In this document: piece after piece, positions 1 through 8,658 of the stretch | Position numbering within the stretch: position 1 is the first letter of the stretch | Layout: each line of letters begins with the position of its first letter | DNA from: an uncultured Clostridia bacterium | GTDB taxonomy: Bacteria > Bacillota > Clostridia > TANB77 > CAG-508 | Assembly (NCBI GenBank): GCA_947624185.1 | Contig: CANQJG010000001.1 | Span: 1 to 60,497, forward strand | DNA: 60,497 nucleotides | Direction of reading: 5' to 3' | The notes under the pieces: generated by a model | The model's input: only the letters and a program-made list of their open reading frames with translations | What the model was told of the DNA's origin: nothing | Databases searched by the model: none | Made by a program: the position numbers and the translations under genes

Positions 1-328
1 GTGTATCACCATTTAGATATCTTATTAAAGTAATCTCTCCCCATCCTAATAATTTTGCAAGAGGCTTTTTCCCTATTTTATATTTAGTCAGTATTTTATT
101 TATTTCTTCTACTGTAATTATATTTTCCTTTGCTCTATATACTTTATCAATCCTAGCTAGGTTTTCATCCATTAGTTCATTTGAACTTATTTCTTCACCA
201 CATTTTTTACAGAAACCAATTAATCTATTATACGTATAATTTTTTCCTTTAATATTGGCTATATTTTCAACTTCTTTTACTTTATACTCCACTAATGTAT
301 TGCATTTTTCACAAAAACCTTTATTCAT
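1..328 (-). CDS. MqsA-family type II antitoxin (N-terminal zinc ribbon + XRE-type HTH); 3' end lies outside the window
   Basis: Absent from the ORF track because it is cut by the window edge. Hand translation from ATG 328 (SD GGGAGGTG upstream): MNKGFCEKCNTLVEYKV...RLIGFCKKCGEEISSNE...ITVEEINKILTKYKIGKKPLAKLLGWGEITLIRYLNGDT. This is a CxxC..CxxC ribbon followed by a helix-turn-helix. It starts 25 nt after the stop of the toxin-like ORF, the toxin-first order typical of mqsRA. Confidence 0.6.
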   Translation of the reverse strand, partial: MNKGFCEKCNTLVEYKVKEVENIANIKGKNYTYNRLIGFCKKCGEEISSNELMDENLARIDKVYRAKENIITVEEINKILTKYKIGKKPLAKLLGWGEITLIRYLNGDT

Positions 329-353
329 TAATAAGTTCACCTCCCTTATTTTA

Positions 354-749
354 TCAAAATAATCTCTTTATTTCCTTTTCAGGCTTATGAAAAGAAATAA
401 TAACAATTAAATCTTCTTTCTTTTTGCTTAACTTAATATATACCTTGGCTTTTTCTATTGTACCCCAGTTATTAAGCTCATATTCTCTACAAAAGATATA
501 TAATCTTTCACTTGGATTGTTATAATCATCTGCTGAATAGCAAAAATCATTAACTCTTAATTGCATCATCATTTCTTTTATTTTATTCTTATCTAATTTA
601 TATTTTTCAATAAATTTTCTATTTTTTATATTTTTATTTGTAGTGCATATTATAAATTTATCCCTTTTTATGCTATTCTTTACAATTTTTAAATACTTAT
701 CAATCTCTTCTCTTGTATGGTTTACATGCTTTGCAGTATTTAGATTCAT
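354..749 (-). CDS. putative MqsR-like toxin of a type II toxin-antitoxin pair
   Basis: 131-aa ORF directly upstream of the zinc-ribbon/HTH antitoxin. The C-terminal ...KVYIKLSKKKEDLIVIISFHKPE resembles the ...VYLKITVIHDVLIVSFKEK end of E. coli MqsR as I remember it. The call rests on this weak similarity plus gene order. Confidence 0.4.
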   Translation of the reverse strand: MNLNTAKHVNHTREEIDKYLKIVKNSIKRDKFIICTTNKNIKNRKFIEKYKLDKNKIKEMMMQLRVNDFCYSADDYNNPSERLYIFCREYELNNWGTIEKAKVYIKLSKKKEDLIVIISFHKPEKEIKRLF

Positions 750-782
750 TATTGCTCCTTTCCTATGTACCCCGCCTCCTTT

Positions 783-802
783 ATAGTATCAATTGATACT
801 AT
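783..802. promoter_or_regulatory. perfect 20-bp palindrome ATAGTATCAATTGATACTAT, candidate operator of the toxin-antitoxin operon
   Basis: Read directly from the sequence. Lies 34-53 nt upstream of the toxin ATG (749), in the divergent region shared with yhbY. Confidence 0.45.
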
Positions 803-895
803 TTTACTATTTTTTCTTCTTTTTGTCAAGTTTTTTTTACAATTTTCTTTTTAAAACTTAAAATATATGTTACAATAACCTAAGGAGGTTCAATT

Positions 896-1180
896 ATGAC
901 TAGCAAAGATAGAGCATATTTAAGAAGTTTGGCTAATACTATAGATTCAATTTTACAGGTTGGAAAATCAGGTATAAATGATAATTTGATAAAACAAGTT
1001 GACGATGCTTTAGAAGCTCGTGAGCTTATTAAATTAACCGTTTTGGAAACTTCTCCTGATACTGCTTTGGACATTGGAAATGAATTAGCTGAAAAAACAA
1101 ATTGTACATTAGTGCAAGTAATGGGTAGAAAAATTACTTTATATCGTAAAAAGAAAAAAGATTCAAAAATTAATATTTAA
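896..1180 (+). CDS. yhbY: YhbY-family (CRM domain) RNA-binding ribosome-assembly protein
   Basis: 94 aa. LRSLANTIDSILQVGKSGINDNLIKQVDDALEARELIKL matches the YhbY/CRS1 signature. SD AAGGAGG 7 nt upstream of the ATG. Confidence 0.85.
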   Translation: MTSKDRAYLRSLANTIDSILQVGKSGINDNLIKQVDDALEARELIKLTVLETSPDTALDIGNELAEKTNCTLVQVMGRKITLYRKKKKDSKINI

Positions 1181-1342
1181 TTCTTAGAATATTTTCCTTC
1201 TAGTATAAATATATTTATTTATCAGAAGGAGGCGATTTTAATTAATCAGAATTATCCAACAATTCCATACATAGGCTTTAAAACTGAGACTGAGAAAATT
1301 CCAATAACTTTTCCTAGACAGCATCAAGATGTTCAGCCTGGC

Positions 1343-2143
1343 ATGGAATATAAAATGAAACCTCTTCCAATTTTTGATAATCCAAACTATGTTCCAAGTG
1401 GAAAGCTAAAAGACAAAGTCTTAGTTATTTCAGGTGGCGATAGTGGAATTGGAAGAGCTGTTAGTGTACTTTTTGCAAAAGAAGGAGCTAATATTGCAAT
1501 TAGCTATTATAATGAACATGAAGATGCTAATGAAACAAAGAAAATAATCGAAGGCTTAGGTAGAAAATGTCTATTGTTTCCGGGCGATTTAAGAGATGAA
1601 GGATTGTCTAAATATATTGCCGACAAAACATTAAATAATTTTGGGAAAATTGATATTTTAATTAATAATTGTGGTGTTCAATTTCCACAAAATAGTATAT
1701 TAGATATATCGAGTAATCAACTTAAAGATACATTTGAAACAAACATTTATACCTTCTTTTATTTGACTAAAGCTGTACTTCCACATTTAAAAGAAAATTC
1801 AAGCATAATAAATACTACTTCAATAACAGCTTTTGACGGAAAAAAGAATTTAATTGATTATTCATCTACTAAAGGGGCAATTACCGTTTTTACCAAATCA
1901 CTTTCACTTTCTTTAGCAGATAAGAAAATACGTGTAAATGCAGTTGCTCCAGGTCCAATATGGACGCCTTTAATTCCGTCATCCTTTACTGCATCTGAAG
2001 TGGAGATTTTTGGAACTGATGTGCCGTTAAAACGTGCTGGGCAACCTTTTGAACTTGCTCCTGCCTATCTTTATTTAGCATCTGATGATTCAAGATATGT
2101 AACCGGTCAAATTATTCATGTAAATGGTGGTAGTATAGTTTAG
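1343..2143 (+). CDS. short-chain dehydrogenase/reductase, YghA/YhdF-like; true start probably upstream at a non-ATG codon (about 1241)
   Basis: Cofactor motif ISGGDSGIGRAV and catalytic YSSTKGAI (YxxxK). The frame stays open back to 1181 and encodes the family's conserved N-terminal segment FPRQHQDVQPGMEYKMKPLP. SD AAGGAGG at 1226-1232. Confidence 0.85.
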   Translation: MEYKMKPLPIFDNPNYVPSGKLKDKVLVISGGDSGIGRAVSVLFAKEGANIAISYYNEHEDANETKKIIEGLGRKCLLFPGDLRDEGLSKYIADKTLNNFGKIDILINNCGVQFPQNSILDISSNQLKDTFETNIYTFFYLTKAVLPHLKENSSIINTTSITAFDGKKNLIDYSSTKGAITVFTKSLSLSLADKKIRVNAVAPGPIWTPLIPSSFTASEVEIFGTDVPLKRAGQPFELAPAYLYLASDDSRYVTGQIIHVNGGSIV

Positions 2144-2152
2144 GCTGTTATA

Positions 2153-2283
2153 GTATAATAATAATCTCTGTTTATTAGTGAAGTAAATACTTATACCTTG
2201 ACTTTTATTTTTATATATCGAAATAAAAATTATCTTTTATTAAGTTATTTTTTCACTAATAAATAGAGATTTTTTATTATTAT
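2153..2283. terminator. long inverted repeat between the convergent SDR and mscL genes, probable bidirectional terminator
   Basis: Arms AATCTCTGTTTATTAGTGAA (2163-2182) and TTCACTAATAAATAGAGATT (2252-2271) are complementary with one mismatch and extend into flanking ATAATAA. An inner hairpin TTTTATTT..AAATAAAA is present. A T-run follows the right arm (GAGATTTTTTATTATT). Confidence 0.45.
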
Positions 2284-2309
2284 CACAATATTTTTTAATT
2301 ATATATTAT

Positions 2310-2831
2310 TTATTTTTTTGCCTTTTCAGTTTCTGATTTTGAATCATCTTGCTCTGTAGTTTCTAATTTTGACGTACAATGTGGACATCTATCAGCTTTG
2401 ATGTTAATTTCACTGTAACAATGCGGACAGGTTTTTGTAGTAATCTCTTCTACAACTTTTTCTCCTTTATGTCCCATTGTAGCTAATTTGTTCATAAATT
2501 TTACTATTAAGAAAATGACAAATGCCATTATAATAAAGTTAATCACATCTGTAATGAAACTTCCATATCTTAAATTTAACTTTCCTATTTTCCAACTATA
2601 TTCTGAGAAATTTACTCCACCAAATAGTCCTAATATTGGAGAAATCACATTATCTGTAAGTGATGTAATTATTTTTTGAAATGCACCACCAATTAACACA
2701 CCAACTGCTAAATCTAATACATTTCCTCTTAATGCAAATTCTTTAAATTCATTTATGAATTCTTTATTTTTTGTTTTTGTTTCTTTTAATTTTTCTTTTA
2801 TTTCTTGTTTTACTTCTTCTTTATTTTCCAT
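2310..2831 (-). CDS. mscL: large-conductance mechanosensitive channel MscL with a charged N-terminal extension and a C-terminal zinc-ribbon tail
   Basis: FKEFALRGNVLDLAVGVLIGGAF... is the MscL TM1 signature, and a second TM follows (FIIMAFVIFLIVKF). The C-terminus carries CPHC..(11 aa)..CPHC. Confidence 0.9.
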   Translation of the reverse strand: MENKEEVKQEIKEKLKETKTKNKEFINEFKEFALRGNVLDLAVGVLIGGAFQKIITSLTDNVISPILGLFGGVNFSEYSWKIGKLNLRYGSFITDVINFIIMAFVIFLIVKFMNKLATMGHKGEKVVEEITTKTCPHCYSEINIKADRCPHCTSKLETTEQDDSKSETEKAKK

Positions 2832-2947
2832 TTTTTATCTCATTCCTTCCTAAGACACAAATCTAGTTTGAAAATTGTAATTATTTTTCAACCTTATCTC
2901 CTTGTTTTAACTCTTTTATAAATTGCTTTAATATATCTTTTGTGTTT

Positions 2948-3424
2948 TCATTTATTTTCTATATTTACTATATGTTGAAATTCTTTGTCATTTTTTCTTA
3001 TTACATCTATAAGTATTTCAGGTTTAAAAGTTAACTTGTCCAATTCGCTAATATCTTTCCAAATAAATTCTAAATCTTCTCTTTCTTCTATACCCACTAT
3101 TTTTTCGCGTTTGTATGCTTCGTCATCTCTAAATTTTGCTTCATATGTAACTAATAATTCATGATAATTTTTACTCTCAAGATTAAACATATTCTCCATA
3201 AAAGATACTGGTTTTAATATATCAATATCATAACCCATTTCTTCCTTCATTTCACGTTTTAAAGCTTGTTCTGTTGTTTCCCCTTCTTTTACTCTACCAC
3301 CTGGTAAAGTATAATGGTCACTTTTTAATCCATGGTGTAGCAAAATTTTACTGCCATTTCTGAATATTGTAGATACCCTAAAGTTGAACTTATGATTTCC
3401 AATCATAATTGAAATATCTTCCAT
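2948..3424 (-). CDS. NUDIX hydrolase
   Basis: Nudix box GGRVKEGETTEQALKREMKEEMGY (Gx5Ex7REUxEExGU). Confidence 0.85.
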   Translation of the reverse strand: MEDISIMIGNHKFNFRVSTIFRNGSKILLHHGLKSDHYTLPGGRVKEGETTEQALKREMKEEMGYDIDILKPVSFMENMFNLESKNYHELLVTYEAKFRDDEAYKREKIVGIEEREDLEFIWKDISELDKLTFKPEILIDVIRKNDKEFQHIVNIENK

Positions 3425-3454
3425 AAAATACTATTTCCTTTCTTTTTTCACTCC

Positions 3455-3473
3455 AAAAAGCCATACATATGGC
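3455..3473 (-). terminator. weak intrinsic terminator downstream of the ferredoxin gene
   Basis: The minus strand reads GCCAT-ATGT-ATGGC followed by TTTTT (plus-strand A-run 3455-3459). The stem is only 5 bp. Confidence 0.35.
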
Positions 3474-3568
3474 AAATAAGTAACAAAAATGCAATATATT
3501 AAATTATGTTTTTTACTTTTCTTAAGTATAAATCCATTATTTAAATATTGCATTATGTTTTTATGTAT

Positions 3569-3739
3569 CTAATTTTTTTGAGGTGCACCTACTGGACATA
3601 TTCCAGAGCATGTTCCACACTCTATACATTTTTCTGCATCAATTACATATTGACTATCTCCTTGAGATATGCATTGTACTGGGCATGATGCTGCACATGC
3701 TCCACATTGTACGCATTTGTCTGAAATTTTGTATGCCAT
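3569..3739 (-). CDS. fdx: clostridial-type 2x[4Fe-4S] ferredoxin
   Basis: MAYKISDKCVQCGACAASCP...CIECGTCSGICP carries two CxxCxxCxxxCP clusters. I prefer ATG 3739 because GAAAGGTGGTG lies directly upstream. The ORF-track start at 3757 would translate through this SD. Confidence 0.9.
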   Translation of the reverse strand: MAYKISDKCVQCGACAASCPVQCISQGDSQYVIDAEKCIECGTCSGICPVGAPQKN

Positions 3740-3769
3740 ATTATCACCACCTTTCACATCTATATTTAT

Positions 3770-4696
3770 TTATATGTCATCATCACTGGTGTTCTTTTTA
3801 TCATATTTATCCATTTGCTCTATTTTTTGTAATTCTTTTAATTCTTCAGGGTCAACTTCGTCGTCCCCAGCAATATCTTTCCTATTATCTTTTATGATTT
3901 TTATTTCATTTGCATTATATTTTTTATAGTAATTGTTGCCTTCTTCATCTTTGAATTTGACCTTTATCAATTCTCTTAATACTTCTACGCCTTCTACTAC
4001 TCCTTCTCCTTCATCTGTCTCGACAATTGCTCCAAGGTGTGGTAATTTTTTCATCTTATCTTCATATACATTTTGTTCATATTTTAAGCAACACATTAAT
4101 CTTCCACAATTACCAGTTATTTTTGCTGTGTTTAGTGATAGATTTTGTTCTTTTGCCATTTTTATTGAGACTGAATCAAAGTCATTTAGAAATGAACAGC
4201 AACATAATTCTCTTCCACATATTCCATTTCCGCCTAATCTTTTTATTTGATCTCTTACTCCAATTTGTCTTAGTTCAATCCTTGTCCTATATATTGCTGC
4301 TAAATCTTTTACCAAATCTCTAAAGTCTATTCTGCCTTCTGCTGTAAAATAAAATATTAATTTTGAATTGTCAAACAAATATCTTGCTTCTACAACATCC
4401 ATTTCTAATTTATGTTCTTTTACCTTTTTTCTGCAAGTTTCTAATGCTTCCTTTTCCTTCTTTGCGTTTTCTTGTTGATGCTTTAAATCGTCTTCAGTTG
4501 CTATTTTTAGAATCTTTTTTAAAGGTTCTTTTTGCTTACTTTCATCTATTTGTCTATTGGCTACTGCAATTACTCCAAGTTCTTTTCCCATAACTGTTTC
4601 TACAATTACATTATCGCCTAGTTTTAATTCATAATTATCTGCATCAAAGAAATATATTTTACCTGGTTTCTTAAATCTGACCCCAACTATATTCAT
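3770..4696 (-). CDS. ricT: PSP1-domain protein RicT/YaaT (stage 0 sporulation / RNA maturation complex)
   Basis: NIVGVRFKKPGKIYFFD N-terminus and the Cys cluster GICGRELCCCSF...GNCGRLMCCLKYE. Sits next to holB, as in B. subtilis. Confidence 0.9.
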   Translation of the reverse strand: MNIVGVRFKKPGKIYFFDADNYELKLGDNVIVETVMGKELGVIAVANRQIDESKQKEPLKKILKIATEDDLKHQQENAKKEKEALETCRKKVKEHKLEMDVVEARYLFDNSKLIFYFTAEGRIDFRDLVKDLAAIYRTRIELRQIGVRDQIKRLGGNGICGRELCCCSFLNDFDSVSIKMAKEQNLSLNTAKITGNCGRLMCCLKYEQNVYEDKMKKLPHLGAIVETDEGEGVVEGVEVLRELIKVKFKDEEGNNYYKKYNANEIKIIKDNRKDIAGDDEVDPEELKELQKIEQMDKYDKKNTSDDDI

Positions 4697-4830
4697 TTTA
4701 ACTTGTATGATGTATTTAATAACTTAAATAACCATATCTCCTTGTTCAATAGATTTAGGTTTTTGAAGGCTACCTATAAACCTTTATAAATAATTGGTAT
4801 TAATGGCATAAATTATCTTTATCTATCAAA

Positions 4831-5722
4831 TTATTTGGATGCATTTACCGCTTCATAACAGTGCATTAGCAGATAATCTATACACATATCATAATTGTTA
4901 TTTGCTAGTATTTTTCTTTTAGTCTTTTCCACAATTTCCACACAGTTTATCCACCTTTTTTCGAAAAATATAATATTCAAATATTCTAGCAAACTTATTA
5001 TATCATCTTTACTATCATAAAGTAAATCTGTTTCCGTAAATAACTGTGTTTTTGTTCCGTTTTCTATCACATTTACTATTTTATTTAGTGATTTGTATTG
5101 TTCTAATTTTTCTTCAGATTGTTGTGCATTTTCTAAGCTTCCTTCTAATATTTTTATGAAATTTGAATCTAAATTTGGCATAATAGTTTTAATTTCACTA
5201 TCTGATAATTTTTCAAATTTTACTATTACACATCTTGATTTGATTGTTGCCAAAATCTTACTTTCATTTGATACTATTAGAATTATTACTGCATATTCAG
5301 GTGGCTCTTCTAAAGTTTTTAGCAAGCAGTTTTGCCCTTCTTCACTCATTAAATCTGCATCATCTATGACATATACTTTCCTTGTAGATATAATTGGTTT
5401 TTCTGCAATTTTTTCTTGCATTTTTCTAACTTGTTCTATTTTTAAAGTTTTGCCGTCCGGAAGTATTTCTTGATAATCCGGATTTGAATTTGCATTAAAC
5501 TTTATACAAGAATCGCATTTTTCATCATTTAAGCACATTATCTTTTTTGCATATTCTCGTGCTAGCATTTTCTTTCCAATGCCGTGATTTGCCTACAAAC
5601 ATATAACTATGAGAAATGTTTTTAGTTTCTATTGTTGTTTTTAAATATTCTTTTACCTTATTATTTCCAATTATATCTTCGAACAACTTTTCCTCCACTA
5701 ATTTATTAATCCACTTTTCCAA
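4831..5722 (-). pseudogene. holB: DNA polymerase III delta' subunit (holB) interrupted by a 1-nt frameshift in the P-loop
   Basis: The ORF-track pieces 5525-5722 (...NISHSYMFVGKSRHWKEN*) and 4831-5568 (MLAREYAKKIMCLNDEKCDSC...KTLEEPP...SRC) are the two halves. On the minus strand, gta ggc aaa tca C ggc att gga aag aaa atg cta gca reads FVGKS-GIGKKMLA (GxxGxGK) if one base in 5581-5587 is removed. Confidence 0.8.
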
Positions 5723-6422
5723 ATTTATTAAATGGGAAAAATCTTAATACTACCTTACTTTCTATTTTTTCCAATGGAATACAGCCAAATTCTCTACAAT
5801 CTTTTGAATCAGGCCTATTATCACCCATTGCAAACACGCAGTTGTCAGGAACGACAAAATCATAATATGCTCCTGTTATTGGTGTTTTTAATCCTTCTCT
5901 CAAATAGTTTTCTTCTAATTCTTCTCCATTTATATATACTTTTTCATCTTTTAACTCAACGTGCTCTCCTGGAAGCCCTATAACTCTTTTTATATAGCTT
6001 GTTTTTCCAAATTCCAATACATAGTATACAAATTTATTCCACCAGCCTTGTGGTTCTTTTTCATATTTGGCTATTGGATTTTCTATATCCACATCTCCAC
6101 TTCCACTTGGTGCTTCAAAAGTTATGATATCTCCCCTATTTGGAAGTTTTTTCATAGTTCTATTAATTCTACTCAAAATCAATCTATCAGATTGCTCTAA
6201 AGTAGGATACATTGAGCTTTGTTTTACTACTGTTGGTGTTCCTAAAAAATATTTTATAAGTATTGCTATTACTATCGCTATTACTATACAATATATCCAC
6301 TCTAATATATCTTTTATTACAGCTTTGGTTTTATCATTTACTTCTATTGGTTGTTCTTGATTAACCTTAATTTCTTTCTTGTCTTTACCCATTTTTTCTA
6401 GAATTCCTTTCTTTGAAGGCAT
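5706..6422 (-). CDS. lepB: signal peptidase I (S26)
   Basis: N-terminal TM helix, catalytic Ser box SSMYPTL, Lys box region, and GDNRPDSKDCREFG. Confidence 0.9.
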   Translation of the reverse strand: MPSKKGILEKMGKDKKEIKVNQEQPIEVNDKTKAVIKDILEWIYCIVIAIVIAILIKYFLGTPTVVKQSSMYPTLEQSDRLILSRINRTMKKLPNRGDIITFEAPSGSGDVDIENPIAKYEKEPQGWWNKFVYYVLEFGKTSYIKRVIGLPGEHVELKDEKVYINGEELEENYLREGLKTPITGAYYDFVVPDNCVFAMGDNRPDSKDCREFGCIPLEKIESKVVLRFFPFNKFGKVD

Positions 6423-6472
6423 AATTTTCGATTAATAATCCTAACTATTAGAGATTATTTAACCTTTAAATT

Positions 6473-7807
6473 TTATTTTTTTACTGGTATTCTTATTACC
6501 ACTTCTGTACCTTTTCCTAACGTACTTTTTACATTTATACTTCCCTTATTTTGTTCAATTATCTCTTTTGCTATTGAAAGACCTAAACCTGTTCCACCAA
6601 GCTTTCTTGATCTAGCTTTATCAACTCTATAAAATCTTTCAAATATTTTATCAATATCTTCTTTTGGAATTCCTATTCCGCTATCCTTAATTTTCACATA
6701 TGCGTCATTATGTACATATCCAACATAAATGGATATTTTTCCGCCGTCAGGAGTATATTTTACACTATTACTAATTATATTAATTATTACTCTTTCTATT
6801 CCGTCTTTGTCTGCTTGTACTGGTGGTACATCAGCTGTTACAAAGCATTCTAAATCTTGATTTCTTTTCTTGACTTCTATTTCAAATTTTTCACTACATT
6901 TCTTTGCTAGCTCACCTAAATCAAATTCTGTAACTCTGCTTTGATCTCTCTTATTATCATATCTTGATAATATAAGCAAATCTTGTACTAGCTTTTCCAT
7001 CCTGTCGGCATTATCGTTGATTATTCCTAAGAAATGTTTTTCAGTTTCCTTGTCACAATCTCCTTCAAGTAATGTCTCTGAAAACCCTTTTATTGATGTT
7101 AGCGGAGTTTTCAATTCATGTGATACATCTGCTACGAATTCTTTTCTCATATCGTCTAATCTAACGTGCTCTGTAATATCTTGTATAACAACCATTACAC
7201 CTGTTGGTCTATTGATTTCGTCCTTAAATGGCACGAAAAATAAGTTCATTGATACATTATCATTTTCAATCTTGACTTCTGTTGAAGTCCAACTTTCCAA
7301 ATAAATTATTTTCTCCATATTTATATTATCATATTTTGAAAATATTTTTTCAAATGTTCTGTCTGTTTCCTTTAAATCAAGCATTTGGATTGCTGTCGGA
7401 TTTATATAAGTCACTTTTCCTTTCATGTCAAATGCAATGACACCGTCAGTCATGTGTTTTAATATAGTGTCAGTCTGCCTTTTTTGGCTATTTGCTTCTA
7501 TTAGACTTGTTTTTAAATCTGTAATTAAATTCTCTATTTCACTACTATTTTTGTTAGTAATATCAGTTTCTCCATATATGACTGCACCTTTTAACATTTT
7601 TGACATTGGCTCGATTATTCTTTTTACTGTAAAAATAGCCATAGCAATACAGAAAAGCCCAAGTATCGCTAAGGCTATTACCATTGTTAAAATCAACTTT
7701 GTTCCAAATATATTAAATTGTGCGGATAGAACAAGCCCAAATCCAATAATAACAATGCTACCAATTATGAAGAAAGCTAATATTGATTTAAGTTGATAAT
7801 TCTTCAT
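6473..7807 (-). CDS. sensor histidine kinase (two TM helices with about an 8-residue loop, PAS, HisKA, HATPase_c), PhoR/WalK-like
   Basis: H-box FVADVSHELKTPLTSIKGF, G-box GGTGLGLSIAKEI, and a PAS-like HMTDGVIAFDMKGKVTYINP. There is no extracytoplasmic sensor domain between the TM helices. Confidence 0.9.
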   Translation of the reverse strand: MKNYQLKSILAFFIIGSIVIIGFGLVLSAQFNIFGTKLILTMVIALAILGLFCIAMAIFTVKRIIEPMSKMLKGAVIYGETDITNKNSSEIENLITDLKTSLIEANSQKRQTDTILKHMTDGVIAFDMKGKVTYINPTAIQMLDLKETDRTFEKIFSKYDNINMEKIIYLESWTSTEVKIENDNVSMNLFFVPFKDEINRPTGVMVVIQDITEHVRLDDMRKEFVADVSHELKTPLTSIKGFSETLLEGDCDKETEKHFLGIINDNADRMEKLVQDLLILSRYDNKRDQSRVTEFDLGELAKKCSEKFEIEVKKRNQDLECFVTADVPPVQADKDGIERVIINIISNSVKYTPDGGKISIYVGYVHNDAYVKIKDSGIGIPKEDIDKIFERFYRVDKARSRKLGGTGLGLSIAKEIIEQNKGSINVKSTLGKGTEVVIRIPVKK

Positions 7808-7818
7808 TTACTCCTCCA

Positions 7819-8556
7819 CTATTTGTTAGCTATATAATATCCTACTCCTCTTTTTGTTACTAGAATTTTAGGGTTTGATGTGTTCTTCTCGATTTTTTCT
7901 CTAATTCTTCTTACAGTAACATCAACTGTTCTTATATCTCCATAATATTCATATCCCCATACCTTTTCTAGCAAAGCTTCTCTAGTAACAACTTGTCCTG
8001 GTTTTTGAGCCAAAAATCTCAAAACTTCGAATTCTCTTCTTGTCAAGTCACTTACTATCTGACCTTTTACATTAACTTCAAATTTATCAAGGTCAAGAGT
8101 TAAAGCTCCTACAGAAAGTTTATTTCCTTTTGAATATCCTAGATTAATATCTTGCTCTAATTTTCTAAGATTTGCTTTGATTCTAGCAATCAACTCTCTT
8201 GTGCTAAAAGGCTTTGTAATATAGTCATCTGCTCCAATTTCTAATCCTAATATTTTGTCTATTTCTTCTCCCCTTGCAGAAAGCATGATTACAGGAATAT
8301 TTATTTGCTCTTGTCTTATTCTTCTACAAACTGAAAGACCGTCCATTTTAGGAAGCATAACATCTAATAAAACTAAATCCGGTTTTTCTTCGATTACTTT
8401 TTGTAAGCCTTCTTCTCCGTCTTGCGCAGAGATAAAAGTATAACCTTCTTTTTCAATATTGAACTTTAATAAATCTATTATTGCCAATTCATCATCAACG
8501 GCTAATATCTTCTTTTTTTCTTCATCATAAGTATGATTTACATCAATATTTTCCAT
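7819..8556 (-). CDS. OmpR/PhoB-family response regulator, WalR/PhoP-like
   Basis: Receiver LVLLDVMLPKMDG ... GADDYITKPFSTRELIARIKANLRK and a winged-helix C-terminus ...LVTKRGVGYY. Lies 11 nt upstream of the kinase gene. Confidence 0.9.
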   Translation of the reverse strand: MENIDVNHTYDEEKKKILAVDDELAIIDLLKFNIEKEGYTFISAQDGEEGLQKVIEEKPDLVLLDVMLPKMDGLSVCRRIRQEQINIPVIMLSARGEEIDKILGLEIGADDYITKPFSTRELIARIKANLRKLEQDINLGYSKGNKLSVGALTLDLDKFEVNVKGQIVSDLTRREFEVLRFLAQKPGQVVTREALLEKVWGYEYYGDIRTVDVTVRRIREKIEKNTSNPKILVTKRGVGYYIANK

Positions 8557-8591
8557 AAGCTTACCTTCCTACAAAACTATACTTACTTTTA

Positions 8592-8620
8592 TTTATATCA
8601 TAAGATGTAATATTTTTCAA
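8592..8620 (-). promoter_or_regulatory. candidate sigma-A promoter of the two-component operon (TTGAAA-17-TATAAA)
   Basis: Minus strand: TTGAAA (8615-8620), 17-nt spacer, TATAAA (8592-8597), about 35 nt upstream of the regulator ATG. Confidence 0.35.
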
Positions 8621-8658
8621 TAAATATTGACAAAAAAATTGATATTAATCCTAATTTA

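Noticed and set aside
880-1074. 64-aa minus-strand ORF opposite yhbY
   Set aside because: It is antisense to a gene with a clear family signature and has no start context.
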